From an uncultured Planctomycetales bacterium (GTDB taxonomy: Bacteria > Planctomycetota > SZUA-567 > JAFGNG01), in contig CAZOBJ010000006.1 of the NCBI GenBank assembly GCA_964577825.1, positions 1-60,810 of the forward strand: 60,810 nt of DNA, given 5' to 3'. Positions within the stretch are counted from its first letter, which is position 1. The number at the start of each line of letters is the position of its first letter. The translations under genes and the position numbers were made by a program. Below, one piece after another: positions 24,951 to 33,884 of this stretch. The notes beneath the pieces are model-generated. The model worked only from the letters and a program-made list of their open reading frames with translations. It was not told the DNA's origin and ran no database searches.

Positions 24951-26000
24951 ATGAGTGCGCTCGAACCGAATCCGGACCTGTACGGACTGCCCTTTACCAT
25001 CGACGAGTTCCGCGGCATGCCCTACCGCCGCCTGGGCGCGACCGGGCTTCGATGCTCGGCCGTGGGCCTGGGGACCTGGAAAATGGGCCTGCCCGAAACG
25101 GGCGACGAGGCGCGCACGGACGAGAAGACCTCGCACCGAATCCTGGACCGCGCCCTGGAGCTGGGGGTCACCTTCTGGGACACGGCGAACCGGTACAACA
25201 GCGCCAGCGGCAACGCAGAGCGCGTGATCGGCCGGTGGCTGGCGGCCAACCCGAGCGAGCGTCGCAACGTGGTCCTGGCCACCAAGGCCTTCGGGTCCAT
25301 GGACGGGCGCACGCCCAACCACTCCCGGCTGGGACGAGCCAACATACTCGCCGCCGCGCAGGCGAGCCTCAAACGGATGCAGACCGACTATGTGGACCTC
25401 TTCTACTTCCATCGGTTCGACCCCGAGACCCCGGCCGAGGAGAGCCTGGCCGCGGTGGAGGACCTGGTCCGCCAGGGGATGGTGCGCTATTTCGCGGTGT
25501 CCAACTTCACGGTGGACGAGCTCAAGCTCTACCGCGCGCTGGAGGAGTCGCTGTCCGTGCGCTGCCGCGTCGCGGCGGTGCAGAACCGGTTCAACGTGCT
25601 CCAGGGCGAGAGCCAGGCCGCCCCGGGCGTGCTCGAGTTCTGCGCGCGCGCGGACATCGCGTTCGTGCCCTACAGCCCGCTGGCCAAGGGGCTGTTGACC
25701 CGCCGGTATCTCGATCCCAAGGACGCAGGCCCGGGCGACCGGCTCTACGACGAGGGCACGCTCGGCAACGTGGCCACGCCCGAGGTCCTGGACCGATTGC
25801 GTAGGCTGAACGCCCTGGCCGAGCGCATGGACCTCATCCTCAGCCAGCTCGCGCTCGCCTACACTCTGTCTCTGCCCGGCATGGGGCCGGTGATCCCGTC
25901 GGCCTCCAAGGTCGAGCAGGTGGACCTCAACGCCGCGGCCGGCAAGGTGACGCTCACCGCCGGCCAGCAGGCGGAAGTCCGGGACATCCTGGAGGCCTGA
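24951..26000 (+). CDS. aldo/keto reductase, 349 aa
   Basis: GLGTW, WDTANRY (Asp/Tyr), LATK (Lys), YFHRFD (His) and PYSPLAKGLL. Confidence 0.92.
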   Translation: MSALEPNPDLYGLPFTIDEFRGMPYRRLGATGLRCSAVGLGTWKMGLPETGDEARTDEKTSHRILDRALELGVTFWDTANRYNSASGNAERVIGRWLAANPSERRNVVLATKAFGSMDGRTPNHSRLGRANILAAAQASLKRMQTDYVDLFYFHRFDPETPAEESLAAVEDLVRQGMVRYFAVSNFTVDELKLYRALEESLSVRCRVAAVQNRFNVLQGESQAAPGVLEFCARADIAFVPYSPLAKGLLTRRYLDPKDAGPGDRLYDEGTLGNVATPEVLDRLRRLNALAERMDLILSQLALAYTLSLPGMGPVIPSASKVEQVDLNAAAGKVTLTAGQQAEVRDILEA

Positions 26001-26002
26001 CC

Positions 26003-26422
26003 ATGCAAGAGTCCGCCACCGTGGCCGAGAACAACGGCGCCTGCGTCACGTTGCGCATGGACGCGGGCCACCACTCCGCCTGCGGCAGATGCGGACTGTG
26101 CTCGGCGGGCCCGGGCGGGGACCGGTTTCTGGACCTGCCCGCGGACGGCCCCTTGCGCGAGGCCAAGCCCGGCGATCGCGTAGACATAGAGCTCACCGCA
26201 CCCAATGCGGCAGTCGTGGCGCTCGTGGTATTCGGTCTGCCGCTCCTCGGCCTGGTGGCGGGCGCGCTCGTGGGCGTGCAGTGGTACGCGGACGCGGGTC
26301 TGTTGGTCGGCGGGGCCGTGGGGCTGGGCGTTGGCGCCGGGCTCACCTGGGCGGTGAGCCGCGCCCTACAGCGAAGCGGCCGCGTGGGCGCGCGCGTCGT
26401 GTCCGTGGAGCCCCGCGCCTGA
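26003..26422 (+). CDS. RseC/MucC family membrane protein, 139 aa
   Basis: N-terminal CGRCGLC cysteine cluster, AKPGDRVDI, and a C-terminal pair of TM helices with VFGLPLL. Confidence 0.72.
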   Translation: MQESATVAENNGACVTLRMDAGHHSACGRCGLCSAGPGGDRFLDLPADGPLREAKPGDRVDIELTAPNAAVVALVVFGLPLLGLVAGALVGVQWYADAGLLVGGAVGLGVGAGLTWAVSRALQRSGRVGARVVSVEPRA

Positions 26423-26507
26423 CTGCAAGCGAGGCGCACCGCGGGAAGCCCGAACACGCACCGCGAGTACGGGCGCACCGAGTGTTCCGGGCCAGGGAGG
26501 AGGGTAG

Positions 26508-26900
26508 ATGCGTCCGCCGGGCAGCCTGCTCCCTGAGATCTATTCGGTGCGATTCCACCAGTGGCTCGCGCGCGCGCTGGTGTTGACCGCGTACGTTCTC
26601 CTCCTGTCCGCGCTCTTCGCCTTGCTCGGCGACATCACCCAGACGCCGCCTGCGACCGAGCCACCTGCGACCGCCCAGTTCCCGAGCACGCGGGACCGAA
26701 TCCTGGACGCGGCGCGCGCCGCGCTTCGCGACCGGGACATCGACCCCGGCGCTCTTACCGAGCGGGCCATCCTGGAGGACGCGCAAGAGCTGCACGGCCT
26801 CTTGGCGCCCGAGGACCGCGCCGCGCTCAAGGAACGCGCCGAAGACGTGGCCGAGCAAATCCTCGACCGAGACCGGGTCGCCCCTCTCGACACGCCCTGA
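26508..26900 (+). CDS. hypothetical single-TM protein, 130 aa
   Basis: RBS GGAGGG; one hydrophobic helix and an acidic helical C-terminus; no family recognised. Confidence 0.55.
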   Translation: MRPPGSLLPEIYSVRFHQWLARALVLTAYVLLLSALFALLGDITQTPPATEPPATAQFPSTRDRILDAARAALRDRDIDPGALTERAILEDAQELHGLLAPEDRAALKERAEDVAEQILDRDRVAPLDTP

Positions 26901-26916
26901 CCCGCCGCGCGCCGGG

Positions 26917-26945
26917 TTGACCTCGCCGCGGCGCGGCCGTATGCT
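26917..26945 (+). promoter_or_regulatory. putative sigma70 promoter for nadB-dtd
   Basis: TTGACC-N17-TATGCT, 33 nt before the GTG start. Confidence 0.6.
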
Positions 26946-26978
26946 GGCCCAATCGACTCGCGATGCGGAGGCGCAGGC

Positions 26979-28583
26979 GTGCACCGGTATCTTCTCGCCA
27001 CGGACCTGGGCGCCATTCCCAGCCTGCGGCCCGAGGTCGTGGTGGTCGGCGCGGGGATCGCCGGGCTCTCGGCTGCCCTCGCCGCCGCGCAGGACGCGCG
27101 CGTTTTGGTGCTGGCCAAGGCCGGGCTGGAGGAGAGCAGCACCTACCACGCCCAGGGCGGCATCGCCGCGGCCCTGCAGGAGCCCTCGTGGGAGGGCCAT
27201 CTACAGGACACCCTGTCCGCGGGCGCGGGCCTGTGCGACGAGGACGCGGTGCGCGTGCTCGTGAGCGAAGGCAAGGAGCGCGTGCGCGAGCTCGTGGCCC
27301 GCGGGGTGCCCTTCGACCGCGAGGCCGAGGCCCTGGCCCTGACCCTGGAGGGCGGACACTCCGAGCGGCGCGTGCTGCACGCGGCCGGCGACGCCACCGG
27401 CCGGGCCATCCACGAGACCCTGGTCCGCGCACTGCGCGCGCACGAGCGCATCCAGGTCCTGGAAGACCACTTCGTGGTCGACTGCCTGCACCACGGGGGC
27501 GTGGTCTACGGGCTCTTGTGCCTGGACACGCGCTACGGGCGGCTGTTGCGCGTGGACGCGTCGTCCACGATCCTGGCCACCGGCGGCATGGGCCGCGTGT
27601 ACCGCGAGACCACGAACCCGGAGGTCGCCACCGGCGACGGGTACGCCCTGGGCCTGCGCGCGGGCGCCGAGCTCGCGGACATGGAGTTCGTCCAGTTTCA
27701 TCCGACCACCCTGTACCTGGCCGGCGCGCCGCGGTTCTTGATCAGCGAGGCGGTGCGCGGCGAAGGCGCGCACCTCGTCACCCGGGCGGGCGAGCGGTTC
27801 ATGCCCGACGAGCATCCGCTCGCCGAGCTCGCGCCGCGCGACGTGGTCAGCCAAACCATCATGCGCACCCTGCGCGAGACCGGCGACAGCCACGTGCTCC
27901 TGGACCTGCGCCACCTGCCCCAGGACCGGGTGCGCGAGCGGTTCCCCACGATCGTCTCCCTGTGCGCGGAGTACGGCATCGACACGGCTAAGGACACGAT
28001 CCCGGTGCGGCCCGCGGTGCACTACATGATGGGCGGGTTGCGCACGGACCTCGTGGGCCGCACGTCCGTGGCCGGGCTGTACGCCTGCGGCGAGATCGCG
28101 TGCACCGGGGTCCACGGCGCGAACCGGCTGGCGAGCAACTCTCTGCTCGAGGGCCTGGTCTTCGGCCACCGGGCTGGCCGCCACGCGGTCCAGGCCGCTG
28201 AGGGGCCGGCGGAGGCCTTCCCGCTGCCCGTCACGCGCGCGCATACCCGCAACAAGCACGTGCCCCTGAACCTGGACGACGTCACCCAGAGTCTGCGCGC
28301 GCTCGCGTGGCGCGCGCTGGGCGTGTACCGCCGCGAGGACCAGCTCGCCGAGGCCGAGCGGACCATCGCGTTCTGGGGCCGGTACGTGCTCGCCGAGGAG
28401 TTCACCGCACGCGCCGGGTTCGAGGTGCAGAACATGCTCACCGTGGCCAAGGTCATCGCGCGGGCCGCGCGACTGCGGCGCGAGAGCCGCGGCGCGCACC
28501 AGCGCCTCGACTTTCCGGAGACCGACGACGAACACTGGCGCCGGCACCTCGCCGTCACGATCGACGCGTTCGAGGACGACTGA
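26979..28583 (+). CDS. nadB: L-aspartate oxidase, 534 aa
   Basis: VVGAGIAG, AQGGIAA, EGGHSERRVLHA, ATGG, MEFVQFHPT, SEAVRGEG, ELAPRDVV, HYMMGG, HGANRLASNSLLEG and ESRGAH. Confidence 0.93.
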   Translation: MHRYLLATDLGAIPSLRPEVVVVGAGIAGLSAALAAAQDARVLVLAKAGLEESSTYHAQGGIAAALQEPSWEGHLQDTLSAGAGLCDEDAVRVLVSEGKERVRELVARGVPFDREAEALALTLEGGHSERRVLHAAGDATGRAIHETLVRALRAHERIQVLEDHFVVDCLHHGGVVYGLLCLDTRYGRLLRVDASSTILATGGMGRVYRETTNPEVATGDGYALGLRAGAELADMEFVQFHPTTLYLAGAPRFLISEAVRGEGAHLVTRAGERFMPDEHPLAELAPRDVVSQTIMRTLRETGDSHVLLDLRHLPQDRVRERFPTIVSLCAEYGIDTAKDTIPVRPAVHYMMGGLRTDLVGRTSVAGLYACGEIACTGVHGANRLASNSLLEGLVFGHRAGRHAVQAAEGPAEAFPLPVTRAHTRNKHVPLNLDDVTQSLRALAWRALGVYRREDQLAEAERTIAFWGRYVLAEEFTARAGFEVQNMLTVAKVIARAARLRRESRGAHQRLDFPETDDEHWRRHLAVTIDAFEDD

Positions 28584-28613
28584 TCTGTCCCGCCGTCCCA
28601 CGGGAGGAGAGAC

Positions 28614-29051
28614 ATGCGACTCGTGATCCAGCGCGTGCGTGACTCATCCGTCACGGTCGAAGGCAAGGTGACCGGAGCCATCGACCACGGGCTCCTGGTG
28701 CTCGTGGGCGTGGCCCGAGAGGACACGGACGAGACCGCGCGCGCGCTCGCGGGCAAGGTGGCGCGCCTGCGGGTGTTCGAGGACGACGCGGGCAAGATGA
28801 ACCGGTCCGTGCGCGACGTGGGCGGGGGCGTGCTGGCGGTGAGCCAGTTCACCCTGCTCGCGGACACGCGCAAGGGCAACCGCCCCTCGTTCGTGCCCGC
28901 GGCCCCGCCCGAACAGGCCCGGCCGCTGTGCGACGTGTTCTGCGAGGCCCTGCGCGTGGAGGGCGTGCCCGTGGCGGAGGGCGTGTTCGGCGCGCGCATG
29001 GACGTGCGCCTGGTCAACGACGGGCCGGTGACCATCCTCCTGGAAGCCTGA
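28614..29051 (+). CDS. dtd: D-aminoacyl-tRNA deacylase, 145 aa
   Basis: [20 protein letters not shown] and NDGPVT. Confidence 0.97.
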   Translation: MRLVIQRVRDSSVTVEGKVTGAIDHGLLVLVGVAREDTDETARALAGKVARLRVFEDDAGKMNRSVRDVGGGVLAVSQFTLLADTRKGNRPSFVPAAPPEQARPLCDVFCEALRVEGVPVAEGVFGARMDVRLVNDGPVTILLEA

Positions 29052-29082
29052 GCGGGCCGCCGGCCGTTCGAGGAGGTGTGCC

Positions 29083-30111
29083 ATGTCTGTGCGCGTGGGC
29101 GTGATCGGATGCGGGATCATGGGAAGCGCGGTCGCGCGCGTATACGCGATGCTGGACAGCGTCCGGCTCGTCGCGCTCGCGGACGTGCGCGAGGACGCGG
29201 TGAACGCGCTCGGCGACGAGCTGGACGTGGCGGCCCGATACACGGACTACCGACGCATGCTCGAACGCGAGTCCCTGGACGCGGTCAGCGTCGCCACCCC
29301 GGACGCCGCGCACACCGAGCCCGTGCTCGCGGCCCTGGAGGCGGGTTGCCACGTGCTCGTGGAGAAGCCCCTGGCCACCCGCCAGGCGCAGGCCGAGGCG
29401 ATCCGCCGCGCGGTCGCGCAGACCGGGCGCAAGCTCCAAGTCGCATACAATCACCGGTGGCTCGCGCCCTACCACAAGGTCAAGGAGCTGGCCGCAAGCG
29501 GCGAGCTCGGCGACCCGGTGCTGGCCTCGGCGCGAAAGAACAACCCGATCTCCGTGCCCACGGACATGATCCGCGCTTGGTCGGCGAAAACCACCCCCGC
29601 GTGGTTCCTGTCCTGCCACGACATGGACCTGGTCTCGTGGTGGTTTGACGCGGACCCGGTGGAGGCCTATGCCCGGGGCGTGAAGCGCGTGCTCGCCGAC
29701 CAAGGGTTCGACACCTACGACGCGATCCAGTCCCTGGTGACCTTTGCGGGCGGGCGCACCGCGACCTTCGAGGCCGCGTGGATCTACCCGAATTCCTCGC
29801 CGTACATGCCCGACAGCTTCATGGAGCTCGTGGGCACCCGGGGCACCACGCAGATCGACCGCAGCGCCGAGGCGATCGACGCCATGCTTGCGGACCGGTT
29901 CGTGTGCCCGCGCACCTTCCTCCAGTACCAGGTGTTCGACGAGTGGCAGGGCGCGTTCCCGGCCTGCATCCGGGCGTTCGTGCGCGCCGTCGAGCAGGAC
30001 ACCGAGCCGTATGTGACCGCGCGCGACGGCCTGCGCGTGACCGCGATCCTCGAGGCCGTGCACCGGTCCTTGGAGACGGGCCGGCCCGAGCGCATCCGCC
30101 TGGGAGTCTAA
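29083..30111 (+). CDS. Gfo/Idh/MocA family oxidoreductase, 342 aa
   Basis: GVIGCGIMG, VATPD...H, VEKP and CHDMD. Confidence 0.9.
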   Translation: MSVRVGVIGCGIMGSAVARVYAMLDSVRLVALADVREDAVNALGDELDVAARYTDYRRMLERESLDAVSVATPDAAHTEPVLAALEAGCHVLVEKPLATRQAQAEAIRRAVAQTGRKLQVAYNHRWLAPYHKVKELAASGELGDPVLASARKNNPISVPTDMIRAWSAKTTPAWFLSCHDMDLVSWWFDADPVEAYARGVKRVLADQGFDTYDAIQSLVTFAGGRTATFEAAWIYPNSSPYMPDSFMELVGTRGTTQIDRSAEAIDAMLADRFVCPRTFLQYQVFDEWQGAFPACIRAFVRAVEQDTEPYVTARDGLRVTAILEAVHRSLETGRPERIRLGV

Positions 30112-30169
30112 GGCCTGCTTCGCACACCTGTCGCTTTCTTCGTTTTCGCTGCCTGGCCGAGCAATGCGC

Positions 30170-31255
30170 TCACAGGCAAGCTGCCCGGCCGTACGTGCGG
30201 CAGGCGTCCAGGTACGCCTCGATGTTCTGCCAGGGGACGTCCGGTTCGATCACGTGCGTGGGCTCGATGTACAGCCCCCCGCCGCGGCCGACAACCTCCA
30301 CCAGGTGCTTGACCGCGGCGCGCACCTCGTCGGGCGTGCCGAAGGGAAGCGTCGTCTGCGTGCCCACCCCGCCCCAGAAGGACAGGCGGTCGCCGTACCG
30401 GCGCTTGAGCTCGTCGATATCCATGCACTCGGGCTGCACGGGGTTGAGGATATCCAGTCCGATCTCGATGAGCTCGGGCACGATGGCGGTCACGTCGCCG
30501 TCGGAGTGATACCACACCAGGGCCTCGGGATTGGCCTGCTTGACCGCGGCGAACTGCCGCGCGAGCCGCTCCTTGAGGAACGTGCGCCAGACCTCGGGCG
30601 CGATCATCATGCCCTGCTGCGTGCCCACGTCGTCCCCGAACCGCACGACGTCCGCGCCCGCACGCGCCGCGGCCGCGGCCAGCGCGCAGTTGATCCGGGT
30701 GATCCGCTCAAGCAGCGCGTGCGCGAGCTCGGGCGCCTCGTAGAAGTCCATCAAGAGGTCTTCCATGCCCCGGATTTGCCACGCGCGTTCGAACACGTTC
30801 CCGGCGAACAGGGCGACCGCCATGCCTCGCTCGTGCGCGCGGGCCGCATCCGCGGCAAAGGCCTCGTGCCGGTACGCGGCGTCGCGGTCGTCGAGGGGGT
30901 AGATCTCGATCTCTTCCAGGCTGGGCTCGCGCCCGGCGAGCGGGCTGACCACATGCGTGAAGTGCTCGAATCCCGCGGGTTCGCGCGCCACCCCGTCCGC
31001 GGTGAGTGCCGTGCCCGGCTTGAGGGTCCGATTCTCGTAGTAGCGCGCATAGTCATGCTCGGCCCGGCTCGGGCCCAGGGCCACGGCCTCGTGGCACGTC
31101 TCGCACACGTCGCCGAGCATCGGCTCGCGGCCCAAGCGCGGGCGGTAGCGCTCCTTGAACTCGCGGCGCATGCGCGGGGTGAAACTCAAACCGAACGGGA
31201 TGAACTCCCCGCCCCGGCGCCGAAGCACGGCCAGCAGGTTCTCGCGCTTAGTCAC
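30170..31255 (-). CDS. uroporphyrinogen decarboxylase / MtaA-CmuA methyltransferase superfamily protein, 361 aa
   Basis: GTG 31255 start. FERAWQIRGMEDLLMD, FGDDVGTQ, WYHSDG, ILNPVQPE, FWGGVGTQ..LPFGTPDEV and PTH. Not a canonical HemE. Confidence 0.8.
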   Translation of the reverse strand: MTKRENLLAVLRRRGGEFIPFGLSFTPRMRREFKERYRPRLGREPMLGDVCETCHEAVALGPSRAEHDYARYYENRTLKPGTALTADGVAREPAGFEHFTHVVSPLAGREPSLEEIEIYPLDDRDAAYRHEAFAADAARAHERGMAVALFAGNVFERAWQIRGMEDLLMDFYEAPELAHALLERITRINCALAAAAARAGADVVRFGDDVGTQQGMMIAPEVWRTFLKERLARQFAAVKQANPEALVWYHSDGDVTAIVPELIEIGLDILNPVQPECMDIDELKRRYGDRLSFWGGVGTQTTLPFGTPDEVRAAVKHLVEVVGRGGGLYIEPTHVIEPDVPWQNIEAYLDACRTYGRAACL

Positions 31256-31302
31256 CGGATTCCCCTGTGCGCGGCCCGTTGCGCGAACTCGCCCGAGTCG
31301 GC

Positions 31303-32673
31303 TCACCCGGTCTCGAAGAACCGCGGCAGGTACGGCCTGGACGCCTCCAGGAGCTCGTCGAGCATCTCTTGCGCGCGGTCGGGCCAAATGGCCATCTCGT
31401 CCAGGATCAGGGCCTGCAGCGCCGCGGCCCGGTCGCCTTTGGCCGCGGCGTCGGCCACGAGCTCCTGCCAGGCGAACCGCTTCTCCAGGATGCCCTTCAG
31501 CGCCCGCGGCGCCGGGCCCATGGTCACCGGCCGCGCGCCGCGCCAGGTGGTGACCGCCTCGACCTCCACCTCCGCGTCCAGGGGGAGGTTGGGCACCGCG
31601 CCCTGGTTGGCGAGGTTGGCCACGAACACGTGCCGCTTGCCCGTGGCCATGGCCCCGAGGGCGAGCCCCGTGTTCTCGCCCTCGAATGTGCGCGCCTCGG
31701 GCAGGGCCATCTGGTCGAGCGTCTCCTGAAAGGCGGCGAGCATCCTCTCGCGCGCGTCGGCGGGGAACGCGGCCACCGGCCCTTCGGGAAAGTAGTCCGC
31801 ATGCATCTCGTCGATGCGCCGCAGGGTCCAGTACGGCGCGTTGCCCCGGTCCGGGTAGGTGTCCACCTGTGCGAGGAAGGGGTAGAACTCCAGGATGTGG
31901 TTGTCCTCCGGGTACACGGTCTGGAACCCGTGGATGCGCGACAGGTCCGCGGCCAGCCGCTGGCGGTCCCCGGCCCGGGCCTGCATGGCCGCGCGCACCC
32001 GGTCGTACACGTCCTCGCCGCGAAGGCGGATGGCGGTGAACCAGTAGTAGTGGTTCGTGCCCACCCAGGTGCACGAGAGCTCTTCCGGCGGCACGTCCAG
32101 CAGCTTGGCCACGAACGCGATGCCCTCCTGCACGCCGTGGCAGATGCCCACCACCTGCACGGCCGTGTACTTGCGGACGGCGCGGCAGATGACGCTCATG
32201 GGGTTGGCGTGGTTGAAGAGCACCGCGCCCGGGCAGCGCCTCTCCATGGCCGCGCAGACCTCCAGGAACGCGGGCACGGACCGCAGGCCCATCATCAGGG
32301 CCGCCGGCCCGCCCGTGTCGCCGGTGAGCTGGTAGATGCCGTACTTCGCTGGGATGAACCGGTCGGCCCTGTGGATGGGCGACTGGTGCACGCCCGCGGT
32401 GGGCTCGGTGCCGCTGCCGCCGATGGACGCGAGCACGAAGTCCGCGCCCTCCAGCGCCTCATCCAGGGTCGCAACCGCGCGTACGGTCATGCCGGTGCCC
32501 GCATCCTCGGCCAGGCGCGCGGCCCTGGCCCGCATGCGCGCGGCGCGCTCCCCGTCCAGGTCATAGAGCACGATCTCGGACTCGGCCAGGTCCTCGGTGA
32601 CGAGCAGGTCCGGGAGCGCGCGCCGGTAGTACCGGCTGCCCGCGCCCACGCAAGCGATCTTGGTTGCGGCCAT
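31303..32673 (-). CDS. family 4 glycoside hydrolase (NAD+/metal-dependent), 456 aa
   Basis: ACVGAGS NAD-binding motif, GDTGGP, NHANP, GICH (conserved Cys), GTNH, NQGAVPNLP..AEVEV. Confidence 0.88.
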   Translation of the reverse strand: MAATKIACVGAGSRYYRRALPDLLVTEDLAESEIVLYDLDGERAARMRARAARLAEDAGTGMTVRAVATLDEALEGADFVLASIGGSGTEPTAGVHQSPIHRADRFIPAKYGIYQLTGDTGGPAALMMGLRSVPAFLEVCAAMERRCPGAVLFNHANPMSVICRAVRKYTAVQVVGICHGVQEGIAFVAKLLDVPPEELSCTWVGTNHYYWFTAIRLRGEDVYDRVRAAMQARAGDRQRLAADLSRIHGFQTVYPEDNHILEFYPFLAQVDTYPDRGNAPYWTLRRIDEMHADYFPEGPVAAFPADARERMLAAFQETLDQMALPEARTFEGENTGLALGAMATGKRHVFVANLANQGAVPNLPLDAEVEVEAVTTWRGARPVTMGPAPRALKGILEKRFAWQELVADAAAKGDRAAALQALILDEMAIWPDRAQEMLDELLEASRPYLPRFFETG

Positions 32674-32714
32674 GGCGGACTCCCCCTGTGCACGGACGCG
32701 GCACTGTGCGCACC

Positions 32715-32743
32715 CACCTAGCCGGTCGTGCGCAGCGTGTCAA
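32715..32743 (-). promoter_or_regulatory. putative sigma70 promoter for the GH4/URO-D operon
   Basis: Minus strand TTGACA-N17-TAGGTG. Confidence 0.4.
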
Positions 32744-32759
32744 GGTCGGTCGGGCTGGG

Positions 32760-33848
32760 TCAGGGGGTCGGGGGTTGCGGAAGGTCGGCGCGACCCGCGC
32801 CCGCGCGCAGTTCCGGGCGCCAGGAGTGGTCGCGCGCGTCGGGGAGGTTGCGGCGCACCACGGTCTCCGCTTCGGGCAAGGGCACGCCCGGGTCCACGAG
32901 CGCGCGCACGCGGTCGAGCACGCCCTGGCGCTCGGCCTCGCGGCGCTGCGCCTGGGCCTGGGCGCGGTCCAGGGCCTCCCTGGCCGCCCGGTCGCGCGCG
33001 CGCAGGAACGCCTTGCTCAACGACCCGCCCACGAACGCGTAGAAGTGGTCCATGCTGCGCAGGTAGATCTCCGCGTCATAGGGCCGCGACTCGGTGTGGT
33101 GGTCGCGCGCGAACAGGTACACCTCGCGCGCTGCGGACCCGTGGCGCGTGTCAAAGACCTGCTGGCGGTACCAGAGCACCCCCGGCGGCGCGCCCAGGCC
33201 TCGTGGCACGCCCCATTGCACCAGGTCCACGAGCGCCTGGGCGGCCGCCTCCGTGCGGCCCGTGGCCACCACGCGCACCGTGGCCGTCAGGCGCGGCCGG
33301 TAGTACGGGTCGAAGTCGGTGGCCACGCCCGTGACCACCGCGTCCACGCCCAGCATGCGGCCGACCTTGATGGCGTCGTCGCGGTTGTGCGTGGGATCGA
33401 GAACCGGCTTGGCCACGGGCTCGCCGGGGCTCGCTTCGCGTTCCTCGGTCTTTGCGGGCCGCACGCCCAAGAGCGCGTTGCGATGCACCTGGGCGTTGTG
33501 CCGCCGGATGGCCCGGTTCTCCGCCTCCACGGCGGCGGCCACCTCGGCTGGAAAGACGACTTTCAGCTCGCCCTCGCCGGCCAGCTGAGCAGCCATCGAT
33601 TGGGCGAACCGGTCCGCATCGAACGAGGAGTCGCCGGTCAGGTCCTCGAAGGGCAGCACCGCCACCCGCTTGAGCGTGCTCAGGGCCGCGGGGTCGCCCT
33701 CACGCTCCTCATAGGACTGCACGGGTTGCAGGGACCGGGTCGCCGAGCGCGTCAGCCACGGCTCGCCGCACCCGGCCAGCGCCGCGCAGGCCAGGCCCAC
33801 GCCCGCAAGCCGCATCCACAGGTTCGCGCGCCCGCGTGTCCGGCGCAT
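32760..33848 (-). CDS. lipoprotein with CsgG/TolB-N/LpoB-like alpha-beta domain, 362 aa
   Basis: ATG 33848 after GGAG; lipobox LAGC. KRVAVLPFEDLTG and AIKVGRMLGVDAVVTG resemble CsgG/TolB-N superfamily motifs. Family call is tentative. Confidence 0.65.
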   Translation of the reverse strand: MRRTRGRANLWMRLAGVGLACAALAGCGEPWLTRSATRSLQPVQSYEEREGDPAALSTLKRVAVLPFEDLTGDSSFDADRFAQSMAAQLAGEGELKVVFPAEVAAAVEAENRAIRRHNAQVHRNALLGVRPAKTEEREASPGEPVAKPVLDPTHNRDDAIKVGRMLGVDAVVTGVATDFDPYYRPRLTATVRVVATGRTEAAAQALVDLVQWGVPRGLGAPPGVLWYRQQVFDTRHGSAAREVYLFARDHHTESRPYDAEIYLRSMDHFYAFVGGSLSKAFLRARDRAAREALDRAQAQAQRREAERQGVLDRVRALVDPGVPLPEAETVVRRNLPDARDHSWRPELRAGAGRADLPQPPTP

Positions 33849-33884
33849 GGTTGTCTCCACAGGTGCAGATGCCCTACGGTCCGG

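Noticed and set aside
21345-25412. 1355-aa minus-strand ORF, the longest in the track
   Set aside because: Exact antisense of four motif-bearing plus-strand genes; no recognisable domains.
31256-32074. Upstream extension of the URO-D-family ORF
   Set aside because: Overlaps the GH4 gene in another frame; family similarity starts at GTG 31255.
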